A stretch of 58,299 nt of DNA from an uncultured Oscillospiraceae bacterium (GCA_900754515.1 CAAEDD010000197.1:1-58299); one strand, 5' to 3'. Positions 17,779-27,447 are shown, counted from the first letter of the stretch. Program-made: numbers and translations. The notes: generated by a model not told the origin, from the sequence alone.

Positions 17779-19323
17779 TCATGTGCGTGCAAGATATCTG
17801 AGGTCTATCATTTCGTTGGGGAAGATCACGAAACCAGATACATCAGATGCACAGCCAAAGGTCTGCTTCTCGTAGTAAAGGACAGCCTGGGGGCAATCGT
17901 CATTGATCTTCTTCTGGATATCGTAGAGTATCTTCTCTCGGACTGCGGAATCAGTGGTCTGGCGCTGTTCAATGAGCCACTCATCTACCTGTGGATCAGA
18001 ATACTGGGTATTATTCATGCCCTTGCCCGTGCCAAAGCAGAGATCCAGAGTGTAGTCCGGGTCACCGGAGGGGCTGCCTTTGCCCAAAAGGAACAGCTGG
18101 GTTTCAGTGCCTTCGGTGGTCATTGTGGAGTAAGCACCCCATTCCACTACCTGCAGCTCAGCGTTAATACCCACTTCAGCCAACATTGACTGACATACCT
18201 CCGCCACCATGCGGTCCATGGGATATCTTCCCTCACAAGTATGGAATACTATGTCCAGTCCATCCTCATATCCAGCCTCTTTAAGCAGTTCCTTGGACTT
18301 TTCAGGATTATAGGTGTAGGGATCCAAATCCTGAGCAGAATATGGGATAACAGTAGACTCTATGCCCGAAGGATACTGGGCGTAACCTTCAAGAACGTGG
18401 TCGATAATGGACTGCTTATCTATGGCATAAGCCACAGCCTGGCGCACTCTTACATCGTCAAAGGGGGCTCTGGATGTGTTCATGCCCAGATAAATGGTAC
18501 GGTAGCCGGTCTCAACCTGGACGGTCACGTTGGGGTCGGACTCAATCTGAGAGATCTGCGCCGCTGCAACAGGGGCAACATCCGCATCTCCGGACTGAAG
18601 CATCATGACCCTTGAGGAGTCTTCAGCCACAAATTTGAATGTAAGATTGTCAATAGTAGATTTTTCTCCCCAGTATCCGTCATACTTGGTCATAACCAAA
18701 GAACTGCCGGGTACCCACTCTTTTATCATCAGCGCACCGGTGCCGCAAGGGTGGAGCGAAATATCCGTGCCATACTCTTCCAGTGCAGTAGGGCTCATCA
18801 TGCTGAGGTTATAATTGGAAATCTGTCCCAGCATGGGGCCATAGGGCTCATCAGTGCTCAAGGCAACTTCATATTCGCTGATGACCTCAACTTTTGTTAT
18901 CATGTCTACAGTGGAAGCTCTCGGTGAGCCCACAGAGGGATCCTGAAGCCGTTCGATATTGTACTTCACAGCTTCAGCATTAAAAGGTGTGCCGTCATGG
19001 AAGGTTACTCCCTCGCGAAGTTTAAAAGTCCAAGTAAGCTCGTCTTCAGAGGTAGTCCAACTCTCAGCTAGCCAAGGCTCAATAGTGGTGCCCACGTTGC
19101 GAACCAAGGTTTCATAAATCTGAACATTGGCTCTAGCAGTATTGACGTCGGTAATAAAATGTACGTCAAAGGTTGTGGGCTCAGTGCCAACAGCAAAGAC
19201 AAAATCGTTGCTTCCTACAGATGCGGCTCCCGAGTCTCCGGAAGGTGTGGAATTTGCGCCGCAGCCTGCCAGCAGTACTGCCATAAGGGCAATTGCAAGC
19301 AATCTTTTCACGGTTTTTTTCAT
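17779..19323 (-). CDS. Peptide ABC transporter substrate-binding lipoprotein (family 5, OppA/DppA type)
   Basis: Lipobox LLAGC after a signal peptide. 514 aa with family-5 SBP blocks (TFKLREGVTFHDGTPFNA). Confidence 0.9.
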   Translation of the reverse strand: MKKTVKRLLAIALMAVLLAGCGANSTPSGDSGAASVGSNDFVFAVGTEPTTFDVHFITDVNTARANVQIYETLVRNVGTTIEPWLAESWTTSEDELTWTFKLREGVTFHDGTPFNAEAVKYNIERLQDPSVGSPRASTVDMITKVEVISEYEVALSTDEPYGPMLGQISNYNLSMMSPTALEEYGTDISLHPCGTGALMIKEWVPGSSLVMTKYDGYWGEKSTIDNLTFKFVAEDSSRVMMLQSGDADVAPVAAAQISQIESDPNVTVQVETGYRTIYLGMNTSRAPFDDVRVRQAVAYAIDKQSIIDHVLEGYAQYPSGIESTVIPYSAQDLDPYTYNPEKSKELLKEAGYEDGLDIVFHTCEGRYPMDRMVAEVCQSMLAEVGINAELQVVEWGAYSTMTTEGTETQLFLLGKGSPSGDPDYTLDLCFGTGKGMNNTQYSDPQVDEWLIEQRQTTDSAVREKILYDIQKKINDDCPQAVLYYEKQTFGCASDVSGFVIFPNEMIDLRYLART

Positions 19324-19412
19324 GTTATTTCTCCTTTCTTTTCTTTACAGTTTTCTAAACAGCCTTAATCCGCTGGAAAACTTCATATGTTTGAGTCCGC
19401 CGCTTTGCCGGG

Positions 19413-20045
19413 TCAGTCCATGGCGATTTCTGCAAGAATACGAGCAGCACGCTCAGTATTGAATATATGACAATGGCACTGGGGCATTATCTTTTCTGCT
19501 GCCTGTTCAGCAGTCATCTTTCCTGCTTTTATCTTTCTTACCATGTCTTCCACGAGAGTAAAGGGGATCATTCCATGTCCGCACATAGTAGTCACATCCG
19601 CAACTCTCGAGTCTGCTGGCATCTTCTCTTCCACATTACCCCAGACTCCCAGCGAAGTGTTAACAGTATGAGGCTCCAGTCCAGCCTCCCGGCAGCATTT
19701 GTGCACCGTGTCAAAAAGTCCGGACACCACAATTGATATGCCTAAATCTGCTTCCTTAAGTTCCTTGAGGCAGGCAACCAGATCTTCTTCGCTTCTGAAT
19801 ACGGCATGTGTTACTCCGTTATCTGATACAACTTTCAGTGCCTCATCCACACGCTCCATTGTCAGTGGTCCGTCCATGCCAAGTATCCCTGCATTAACTA
19901 CATTGTGTTTAAGGAATATCTCGCCAATCTTAACTAATTCCTTAGCACAGCCATCACGGTTATACCCCTTTGCGCCTATAGCAAGAATTGGAAAATCATT
20001 TTTGAGGCTATCGACCGAGCCGCTCCGATGTAAAGTATGCGACAT
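19413..20045 (-). CDS. Unassigned Cys/His-motif protein (module copy 2, small partner)
   Basis: Starts MSHTLHR at the ATG at 20045, with AAGGAG 7 nt upstream inside the end of the preceding gene. It shares LKEADLGISIVVSGL, KCC, LGVWG, TTMCGHGM and CHCHIFNT with the 3776-4405 protein. Confidence 0.7.
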   Translation of the reverse strand: MSHTLHRSGSVDSLKNDFPILAIGAKGYNRDGCAKELVKIGEIFLKHNVVNAGILGMDGPLTMERVDEALKVVSDNGVTHAVFRSEEDLVACLKELKEADLGISIVVSGLFDTVHKCCREAGLEPHTVNTSLGVWGNVEEKMPADSRVADVTTMCGHGMIPFTLVEDMVRKIKAGKMTAEQAAEKIMPQCHCHIFNTERAARILAEIAMD

Positions 20046-20049
20046 GCTG

Positions 20050-20760
20050 TTACTCCTTTCTAGCCCGTCCAAGTCCAACGCAGGTCTTCCCGTTAGGACG
20101 ACGCTCTATCCCGGCTCGAGCCAAAAGTTTATCCGTTGGTATTTCTCCATCTCTCATGCGGCTTATGACATCCACGCTGAACACAGTGCTCACCTTTTTC
20201 TGTTCTTCCTTCAGGTCCATAAGCAGGCCAGGCAATTCTGACTCATCCAGCATTGCCTCAATAATAAAGGAAAGAGAACGTTCATTTTTAAACTCATCCT
20301 TTACTATGCCGGTATTACCTGGCTCGAAAACTATGGCAGAGGGATTTTCCTGCTCAAGCTGTGCACCGTGAGCGCAGATTACCCTGGCAATGGTTTCCAC
20401 ATCTTTAAAACTGGTGCCGGTTGCCGGCCTTCCCATCTCGCAGGCAAATCCAACTTTTCCCAGAGGAAAACGATTGGTAATATCGTTCGTCTTCATCTCT
20501 TCTGTACCCCGGCCCAGAATACCGGTATTTGGCGATTTCTCCCGGGCGTTGCTGAATATGGCTCTTATCATCCTGGGCATTACCATCGTCTGCTGAACTA
20601 TGGCATCTCTTGGACATACGCCTCCAAATTTACAGTTACCGCATTCAACGCACAAATCCAAGTCTATATATGCCTGCTTATTCTGAATGCTTATTGCCTT
20701 CATACCACAATAAGGTATGCATAGTCCGCAGCCAATGCATTTCCCCTGATCAATAACCAT
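20050..20760 (-). CDS. 2x[4Fe-4S] ferredoxin-domain protein with an unassigned C-terminal domain (module copy 2, large partner)
   Basis: CIGCGLCIPYC and CVECGNCKFGGVCP, then GRGTEEMKTNDIT and EMGRP. First gene of the 17-gene operon. Confidence 0.8.
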   Translation of the reverse strand: MVIDQGKCIGCGLCIPYCGMKAISIQNKQAYIDLDLCVECGNCKFGGVCPRDAIVQQTMVMPRMIRAIFSNAREKSPNTGILGRGTEEMKTNDITNRFPLGKVGFACEMGRPATGTSFKDVETIARVICAHGAQLEQENPSAIVFEPGNTGIVKDEFKNERSLSFIIEAMLDESELPGLLMDLKEEQKKVSTVFSVDVISRMRDGEIPTDKLLARAGIERRPNGKTCVGLGRARKE

Positions 20761-20890
20761 AGTTTCTCCCCTTCCTGTATCAAGTTTTCTGCCGTCGGAA
20801 TCGTTTTTCTTTTTCGCTTTAGGGTACTAAAGCAGTTTCAATAAAGAATCGCGGATCGTACCATATTTATTTATATTCTGAATAATAAAC

Positions 20891-20919
20891 TTGACATTTA
20901 AAAATGTCTAATATATCAT
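20891..20919 (+). promoter_or_regulatory. Putative sigma-A promoter of the LysR gene with an embedded palindrome
   Basis: TTGACA (20891-20896), 17-nt spacer, TATCAT (20914-20919). The 16-bp palindrome GACATTT-AA-AAATGTC (20893-20908) overlaps the -35/spacer. Confidence 0.45.
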
Positions 20920-20972
20920 CTGATAAACACTATAACTAAAGCTTATGGTTTCCGTGAAAGAAGGGCAAAAAA

Positions 20973-21923
20973 ATGATAACCAAGCTCTATTATTTTATTA
21001 AAGTTGCTCAAACCGGTAATTTGACCCGTGCTGCTCAGGAACTTTTTATTTCTCAGCCGGCCCTCACCATGGCAATAAAAAGGCTGGAAAAAGAACTTGA
21101 TGTTACTTTATTTGAAAGAGAAGGCAATCGCCTCATTCTCTCCCCTTCAGGGAAAAAAATGCTGCCCTATGCGGAAAATCTGTACAACGACTACACTCTG
21201 CTTAAATCCTCCCTCTCCACTCAGAAGAAGCCTCCGCATAGCATAAGGCTTGGAAGTGGAATAAGCCATGCGGCAAAAATTGTTGAGTTTTACATGGATA
21301 AGGTCTACGACGGCAGCATAATACTTCAGCAATATTACGATTACTATGATCTGAGGAATGCTTTGCTTGAACACAAAGTAGATTTTGTTTTCTGTACTCC
21401 ACCTATAGTTGGCCCTGATATTATTTCCAAGGACATTTTTTATGAGCCCATATGTGCTCTCATGAACCCCTCTCACCCTCTAACCAAGCTGGATATTTTG
21501 TCCATTGAAGACTTAACGGCCCATCCGCTGATAACCCTCCCCAAAAATTTCCCTATGCGTGTAGCCATTGACCGGGCTTTTGCCAACGCCAATATCAGGC
21601 CAAGTTATTCAATTGAAGTTGACAGCATAGTTATCTCCACTATGCTCAATCGAGAACAAAGCCGGCTAGTCACGCTCTATCCATTGTCAAGGGCCCGCTC
21701 CGTCCACAGTCTGAGTGGCCTTGCTTACCGTCCGATTTCGGAGCCCTCTTTCAAAAGGGTACTTGGTATCTCCTGGTATAATTCCAGCTCTATTTCCTAT
21801 CTGCTGGAAGACATCGTAAGATCTACGGAGGAGTTCTATGCCACCTCGCCGTTATTTCAAAAATGGGGAAGCTTTCCGGAGGAGGAAGGGATAAACTTCA
21901 TTTTTACTCCATCCAAATCATAA
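20973..21923 (+). CDS. LysR-family transcriptional regulator, divergent from the 17-gene operon
   Basis: N-terminal HTH TGNLTRAAQELFISQPALTMAIKRLEKEL plus a LysR substrate-binding domain length (316 aa). Confidence 0.9.
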   Translation: MITKLYYFIKVAQTGNLTRAAQELFISQPALTMAIKRLEKELDVTLFEREGNRLILSPSGKKMLPYAENLYNDYTLLKSSLSTQKKPPHSIRLGSGISHAAKIVEFYMDKVYDGSIILQQYYDYYDLRNALLEHKVDFVFCTPPIVGPDIISKDIFYEPICALMNPSHPLTKLDILSIEDLTAHPLITLPKNFPMRVAIDRAFANANIRPSYSIEVDSIVISTMLNREQSRLVTLYPLSRARSVHSLSGLAYRPISEPSFKRVLGISWYNSSSISYLLEDIVRSTEEFYATSPLFQKWGSFPEEEGINFIFTPSKS

Positions 21924-22023
21924 TACTTGATTATAGTAATCTATATAATTCATAAAAATGCTGCTTTAAATGAAAGATTATTGCAGCACATAAGCTTGAC
22001 ACTTTTTATTTTTATACAGAAAA

Positions 22024-22046
22024 AAGGAGGGCATATAGCCCTCCTT
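22024..22046. terminator. Hairpin between the convergent LysR and copA genes
   Basis: AAGGAGGGC-ATATA-GCCCTCCTT, preceded by an A-run. Confidence 0.45.
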
Positions 22047-22098
22047 AGTTATTTACAAGATCTTTTATGGATTTTGATACTATTCTGCTGCTCTCTTT

Positions 22099-24597
22099 TT
22101 ACTCTATACCCAGCACCTTGTAGTCCTGTTTCTCCACGGCGGCCTTCAGGGTTTCGTCAGAGACACCGCTTAGAGTGACGACTGCCGTCCCAGCGGTATG
22201 ACTGACCTCCGCTCTCTCTACTCCGGGTATCTCCTCCAGAGCTTTCTTTACCCTGGCCTCACAGTGGGCACACATCATGCCTTCGATCTTCATGGTTCTT
22301 GTCATTTTATTTTCCTCCTTATTTTCTTTCATATGTCTATGCTTTATTTTTTTGTCCCGTCCGGCATCCCGCACATTAAGCAGGTTAAGCCGCAGGGCAT
22401 TGGTAACTACACAGAAGCTGCTGAGACTCATAGCCGCCGCGGCTATCATGGGGCTGAGGCTGATGCCCAGGCCCATCAGGGCTCCGGCCGCCACCGGTAT
22501 ACCCACGCTGTTATAGAAAAAGGCCCAAAACAGGTTCTCGTGGATATTCCTCAAGGTGCCCCGGCTGAGACGTATGGCGGCACACACATCCATAAGGCTC
22601 CCCTTCATCAGCACCACATCGGCAGCGTCCACGGCAATGTCCGCCCCGGCGCCTATGGCTATGCCCACATCCGCCCGCTTAAGAGCCGGGGCATCGTTTA
22701 TGCCGTCGCCCACCATAGCGGTCTTCCCGCTTCGGCATATCTCCCTGATAGCCGCTTCCTTGCCCTCAGGCAGCACCCCGGCTATGACCCGGTCCACCCC
22801 GGCCTGGCGGCCTATGGCCTGGGCGGTGCGCTCGTTGTCACCGGTGAGCATCACCACATTTATTCCCATGGCCTTAAGCTGGCGGACGGCTTCCGGGCTG
22901 TCCGGCTTTATCACATCGGCTACGGCTATTATTCCCATAAGCTTTCCGTCCGAGGCAAAAAACAGAGGCGTTTTTCCCTGGGCGGCAAGAGCCTGGGCCG
23001 TGGATCTGGCTTCGTCGGGCACCTGGGCCCTGGCGGATATAAAGTCCAGATTCCCGCCGGCGGCGCACTTTCCACCGACAACGGCAGTAAGTCCGTTGCC
23101 GGGCAGCGCCTGAAAGTCTGAAGTCTCCCTGAGATTCAGTCCTTCCGTCTGAGAGCGGGAGAGTATGGCCTTTGCCAGTGGGTGTTCGCTTTTCCTCTCC
23201 AGACTGGCGGCAAAGAGCAGCAGTTCCCTCTCATCCGTGCCGTTGGTGGGCAGGATGTCCGTTATCTCCGGAGTGCCGGCGGTGATGGTGCCGGTCTTAT
23301 CCAGCACTACGTTCTCCACCTGTCCGGTCACCTCCAGAGAGCTGGCGGTTTTAAACAGCAACCCCTGCTTTGCACCCAGGCCGCTGCCCACCATAATGGC
23401 CACGGGAGTTGCAAGGCCCAGGGCGCAGGGACAGCTTATCACCAGCACCGAAATTCCCCTTGCCAGTGCAAAGCCTATCCCCTGCCCCAGTGCCAGCCAC
23501 ACTGCAGTGGTTATCAGAGCGATGGCAATAACAGTAGGTACAAATACACCGGAAACCTTATCGGCTACTTTTGCTATAGGCGCCTTGGTGGCGCTGGCAT
23601 CGCTGACCATTTTGATGATCTGGCTGAGAGTGGTGTCCTCTCCTACTCTTGTGGCCCGGCAGCGTATATAGCCCGCCTGGTTCACGGTGGCGGCGGAGAC
23701 CCTGTCTCCCTCGGCCTTGTCCACCGGTATGCTCTCCCCGGTGAGGGCAGACTCATCCACGCTGCTGCTGCCCTCTATTATCACTCCGTCCACCGGAATA
23801 CTCTCGCCGGGTCGAACGGCAAAGATGTCTCCCTTGTTGAGTTCCTCAATGGGCACTTCCCGCTCCAGGCCGTTTTCCACCAGAGTGGCAGTCTTGGGGC
23901 TGAGTTCCATAAGTCCCCTCAGGGCATCCGTAGTCCTGCCCTTACTGCGGGCCTCCAGCATTTTGCCCACAGTAATGAGGGTTAATATCATGGCTGCCGA
24001 CTCGAAGTACAGCTCATGGCGCAGGTGCTGGGCAGCAAGGTCACCCTGGGCACACATTGCAAACATTATATAGCAGCTGTACACAAAGGCCGCTCCGGAG
24101 CCCAGAGCCACCAGGCTATCCATATTGGGCGCTCTGTGGACAAGGCCTTTAAAGCCGCTGATAAAAAACTTCTGGTTTATAACCATTACCGCCACAGTCA
24201 GCAGCAGCTGGCTTAGAGCAAAGGCCAGGGCGCTATCCTCCAGCAGCCTGGGCACCGGCCACCCCCACATACCGTGGCCCATGGAGATATACATCAGCAC
24301 CAGGAGGAAGCCCAGTGAGCTTACAAGGCGGCGCTTTAAAACCGGGGTGTCCCGGTCCTTCAGCTCATCCTCCTGAGCCCGCTTTATTTCCCTGGCTGAG
24401 TCCTTTGGGCTGGCCCCATAGCCCGCAGCCTCCACGGCCCTGATTATCTCATCTTCGCTGGCACTGCCCTCCACGGACATGGAGTTTGTCAGCAGATTTA
24501 CCGCGCATTCACTTACATCCGGCAGCGCAGACACAGCCTTTTCCACCCGTGCCGAGCAGGCGGCACAGCTCATGCCCGTAACGTTATACTGTTTCAT
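22099..24597 (-). CDS. copA: Copper-translocating P1B-type ATPase with N-terminal and C-terminal HMA domains
   Basis: N-terminal [15 protein letters not shown] transmembrane motif [24 protein letters not shown]. There is an extra in-frame C-terminal HMA domain, [20 protein letters not shown]. Confidence 0.95.
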   Translation of the reverse strand: MKQYNVTGMSCAACSARVEKAVSALPDVSECAVNLLTNSMSVEGSASEDEIIRAVEAAGYGASPKDSAREIKRAQEDELKDRDTPVLKRRLVSSLGFLLVLMYISMGHGMWGWPVPRLLEDSALAFALSQLLLTVAVMVINQKFFISGFKGLVHRAPNMDSLVALGSGAAFVYSCYIMFAMCAQGDLAAQHLRHELYFESAAMILTLITVGKMLEARSKGRTTDALRGLMELSPKTATLVENGLEREVPIEELNKGDIFAVRPGESIPVDGVIIEGSSSVDESALTGESIPVDKAEGDRVSAATVNQAGYIRCRATRVGEDTTLSQIIKMVSDASATKAPIAKVADKVSGVFVPTVIAIALITTAVWLALGQGIGFALARGISVLVISCPCALGLATPVAIMVGSGLGAKQGLLFKTASSLEVTGQVENVVLDKTGTITAGTPEITDILPTNGTDERELLLFAASLERKSEHPLAKAILSRSQTEGLNLRETSDFQALPGNGLTAVVGGKCAAGGNLDFISARAQVPDEARSTAQALAAQGKTPLFFASDGKLMGIIAVADVIKPDSPEAVRQLKAMGINVVMLTGDNERTAQAIGRQAGVDRVIAGVLPEGKEAAIREICRSGKTAMVGDGINDAPALKRADVGIAIGAGADIAVDAADVVLMKGSLMDVCAAIRLSRGTLRNIHENLFWAFFYNSVGIPVAAGALMGLGISLSPMIAAAAMSLSSFCVVTNALRLNLLNVRDAGRDKKIKHRHMKENKEENKMTRTMKIEGMMCAHCEARVKKALEEIPGVERAEVSHTAGTAVVTLSGVSDETLKAAVEKQDYKVLGIE

Positions 24598-24622
24598 ACT
24601 TGCACTTACCTCTAATTTCAGT

Positions 24623-24925
24623 CTATCTCATCAGCTTTTGTAAGGTGGCCACCAATTCCTCTATGGTTTCGTCCTTACCGGCCCGTATATCTTCTGCCAC
24701 GCAGGTACGTATATGCTGGCTCAGCAGCTCCTTGCTGAAGGCGTTGAGAGCCGCCGTGGCCGCCGAGACCTGAGAAAGTATATCCGGGCAGTAGGCACTT
24801 TTTTCCACCATGCCCCTGATACCCCTGATTTGTCCCTCTATACGGTTCAGGCGGTTTATAAGGCTTTTATACTCCTCTTCACTGCGGTATTTTTTCCGCT
24901 CATGGCAGCATTCATGCTCCGGCAT
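24623..24925 (-). CDS. csoR: CsoR-family copper-sensing transcriptional repressor
   Basis: [20 protein letters not shown]...YCPDILSQ core. The start is reassigned to the ATG at 24925 (RBS GGGGGAG 4 nt upstream), because the longer ORF-track N-terminus would read through the operator palindromes. Confidence 0.9.
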   Translation of the reverse strand: MPEHECCHERKKYRSEEEYKSLINRLNRIEGQIRGIRGMVEKSAYCPDILSQVSAATAALNAFSKELLSQHIRTCVAEDIRAGKDETIEELVATLQKLMR

Positions 24926-24945
24926 ATTGCTCCCCCTTGTCTTTG

Positions 24946-24992
24946 ATATATACCCCCCTGGGGTATATTGAGTATATACCCCCTCTGGGTAT
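24946..24992. promoter_or_regulatory. Two CsoR-type operator palindromes
   Basis: ATATATACCCCCCTGGGGTATAT (24946-24968) and TATATACCCCCTCTGGGTAT (24973-24992). Both have the GC-core TACCC-N-GGGTA dyad architecture known for CsoR operators, directly upstream of csoR-copA. Confidence 0.6.
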
Positions 24993-25127
24993 TTGTCAAG
25001 ATCTTTTTGCTGCATGCTGATGCATAAACTCTCCCGTTAAATGAATACTTTTTGCAATCGCTGGTTTGTTTATACACAATACCCCACATTGTATGGCAAA
25101 TGTGCTAAATTTCCCACGGAAAAGCGA

Positions 25128-25156
25128 TTGATAATTGTGAAAAGCTGTGCTATAAT
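25128..25156 (+). promoter_or_regulatory. Putative sigma-A promoter
   Basis: TTGATA (25128-25133), 17-nt spacer, TATAAT (25151-25156), about 110 nt upstream of the 25268 start. Confidence 0.55.
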
Positions 25157-25267
25157 CTTGTCAGATATATGCAGACGGATTGTCTATTTTGTAACGTTCG
25201 GATGAGCGCCGCGGTGCTTCGGCGTCATCTCCGTTAATAATAAGATAAAATCAGAAAGGAAGATTTT

Positions 25268-27343
25268 ATGGACGCAAAGTATCAGCCTCTATTTACTCCC
25301 TGGAAAATCGGCAATGTGGAAATAAAGAACCGCATCGTCCAGTGCTCCATGGGCGGCACTTCCCTGTTCGGTTGGCTGGAGCCCAACCACTTCGATAAGG
25401 AAGCGGCCTACTTCCTGCTCAACAGAGCCCAGGACGGCGTCGGTCTCATCCTGCCCGGTATGCAGTGCGTCAGAGACCAGCTGGGCATTCCCGGCAGAAA
25501 GTGGCTGTACCAGAACGACCAGATGTTCAAGCAGTTGAAGGAATACATGGTAGAGTTCCATAAGACCGGGGCAAAGCTGTTCATTCAGCTGGCCGCTGGT
25601 ATGGGACGTTCCATGGCCATCAACGGCTGGATGACCGTGCTGGCAAAGCACGACATCCTCAACAAGCTGGCCAGCCCCATCGTTGACGTGCAGTACTGCT
25701 GCGCTTCCGCTTCCGCAACACCCAACCGCTGGGCTGAGGATGTCAAGTCCCGTCCTCTCACCGTCGCTGAGATACACGAGATGGTCGAGGCCTTCGGTAA
25801 GACCGCAAAGCGGCTGAGAGAAGCCGGCGTGGACGGTGTCGAGATTCATGCCGTCCATGAAGGCTACCTTCTTGACCAGTTCACCATGAAGAATTGGAAC
25901 TACCGTACCGACCAGTACGGCGGCTCCTTTGAGAACCGCTTCCGCTTCCCCGTTGAGATAGTTCAGGCCATCAAGAAGGAAGCCGGAGCAGACTTCCCTG
26001 TCTCCCTGCGTTACTCCGTCGTCTCCAAGACCAAGGAATGGGGCAAGGGCGCCATGCCTTACGAGACCGACTTTGAGGAGTGGGGCCGCGATATGGAAGA
26101 GTCCGAGCGTGCAGTCAAGTATCTGGGCGACGCCGGCTACGACATGTTCAACTGCGACAACGGTACATACGACGCTTGGTACTGGGCCCATCCGCCACAG
26201 TACATGCCCGACAACTGCAACCTTGAGTATGTAAAGCATATCAAGAAGTTCACCGACAAGCCCGTGGTCTGCGCAGGCCGTATGGATCCTGTTGTGGCCG
26301 CCCAGGAGATAGCCGCCGGTACCATAGATGCAGTTGCCATCGCCCGTCAGAACCTTGTTGACCACGAGTGGGTCCACAAGATCATGGAGGGCCGTCAGGA
26401 CGAGATCAAGCCCTGTATCCGCTGCCACAACGGCTGCTTCAACTTCTCCAAGTGGAAAGGCGCTCCCAACCAGCAGAAGCTGGACGACTCCCTCCACCTG
26501 GCCCGCTGCGCTCTGAACCCCACCACCATGCAGCACAACCGCTACAAGATCGTCCCCACCAAGAAGCCAAAGAAAGTGGCCATTATCGGCGGCGGCATCG
26601 GCGGCATGGAGTGCGCTCTGGTGCTGCTTCAGCGCGGCCACAAGCCCGTTATCTTTGAAAAGACCAACGAGCTTGGCGGTCTGTTCCTCACCGCCTCCGC
26701 CATGAGCTTCAAGGAGAACGACAAGGAGCTGCTGCGCTGGTACAAGAGAGAGATAGAGAAGGCCGGAGTGGAAGTACACTTCAACACTGAGGTTACCGAT
26801 CTTGGCACTCTCCGTGGCTTCGACGATATCATCGTGGCCTCCGGCTCCGTGCCCAGGACTATGCCCACCGTGCCCGGCTTTGAGAAGTGCCTCACCTTCA
26901 CCCAGCTGCTGAAGGACAAAGTCCCCGTGGGCGACAAGGTGCTGTTTATTGGCGGCGGCCAGTCCTCCTGCGAGGCGGCCTATGACCTGGTCCTCCATGG
27001 CAAGCACCCCATCATCGTGGAGTACGCCAACGACCTGGTAGTGGCTCAGGCCACCTGCCTTGCCAACACCTCCTTCCTCCGTGACGCCATGGAGTATCAC
27101 AAGGTGCCTGTATATCTGGAGCACACCGTCACTGCTATTCGGGACGGCTCCTGCACCGTGAAGAACCTCAAGACCGGCGACACCTTCGAGGTGGAGTGCG
27201 ACAATGTGGTCAACGGCATCGGCTTTGTTCCCACCCCCGTGGGCGGCAAGAACAGCAAGGCCTACCGTGTGGGCGACTGCGTGGCCATCGGCAACCTGCG
27301 CACTGTTATCTGGCGCGCCTGGGATGTGTGCATGAAGATTTAA
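25268..27343 (+). CDS. Enoate-reductase / 2,4-dienoyl-CoA-reductase-like flavoenzyme (OYE-type FMN domain + [4Fe-4S] + FAD/NAD(P) domain)
   Basis: OYE-like N-terminus (GVEIHAVHEGYLLDQF), Cys cluster CIRCHNGC...C, then the Rossmann motif VAIIGGGIGGMECA. 691 aa. Confidence 0.85.
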   Translation: MDAKYQPLFTPWKIGNVEIKNRIVQCSMGGTSLFGWLEPNHFDKEAAYFLLNRAQDGVGLILPGMQCVRDQLGIPGRKWLYQNDQMFKQLKEYMVEFHKTGAKLFIQLAAGMGRSMAINGWMTVLAKHDILNKLASPIVDVQYCCASASATPNRWAEDVKSRPLTVAEIHEMVEAFGKTAKRLREAGVDGVEIHAVHEGYLLDQFTMKNWNYRTDQYGGSFENRFRFPVEIVQAIKKEAGADFPVSLRYSVVSKTKEWGKGAMPYETDFEEWGRDMEESERAVKYLGDAGYDMFNCDNGTYDAWYWAHPPQYMPDNCNLEYVKHIKKFTDKPVVCAGRMDPVVAAQEIAAGTIDAVAIARQNLVDHEWVHKIMEGRQDEIKPCIRCHNGCFNFSKWKGAPNQQKLDDSLHLARCALNPTTMQHNRYKIVPTKKPKKVAIIGGGIGGMECALVLLQRGHKPVIFEKTNELGGLFLTASAMSFKENDKELLRWYKREIEKAGVEVHFNTEVTDLGTLRGFDDIIVASGSVPRTMPTVPGFEKCLTFTQLLKDKVPVGDKVLFIGGGQSSCEAAYDLVLHGKHPIIVEYANDLVVAQATCLANTSFLRDAMEYHKVPVYLEHTVTAIRDGSCTVKNLKTGDTFEVECDNVVNGIGFVPTPVGGKNSKAYRVGDCVAIGNLRTVIWRAWDVCMKI

Positions 27344-27363
27344 GTTAATATTTGATTGAAAAA

Positions 27364-27391
27364 ACGTCCGGCCCAGGCCGGACGTTTTTTT
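27364..27391. terminator. Bidirectional intrinsic terminator
   Basis: ACGTCCGGCC-CA-GGCCGGACGT flanked by an A-run and a 7-nt T-run, 20 nt after the stop at 27343. Confidence 0.75.
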
Positions 27392-27447
27392 GTTTGCTCT
27401 TAGGGAATTAAATAGCCCTTTTCCGCAATCTCTTTTTAAATGCAAGA

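Noticed and set aside
24926-25015. 30-codon N-terminal extension of csoR given by the ORF track
   Set aside because: The extension covers the two operator palindromes and has no RBS. A GGGGGAG RBS precedes the internal ATG at 24925, which gives a typical 100-aa CsoR.
25289-27445. 718-aa ORF on the minus strand
   Set aside because: It lies antisense to the 691-aa flavoenzyme gene. Its translation is a low-complexity Gly/Ala/Val/His/Leu string with no motifs, and it runs through the bidirectional terminator at 27364-27391. The plus-strand frame has clear OYE, Fe-S and Rossmann motifs plus an RBS. It is an artefact of GC-rich third positions.
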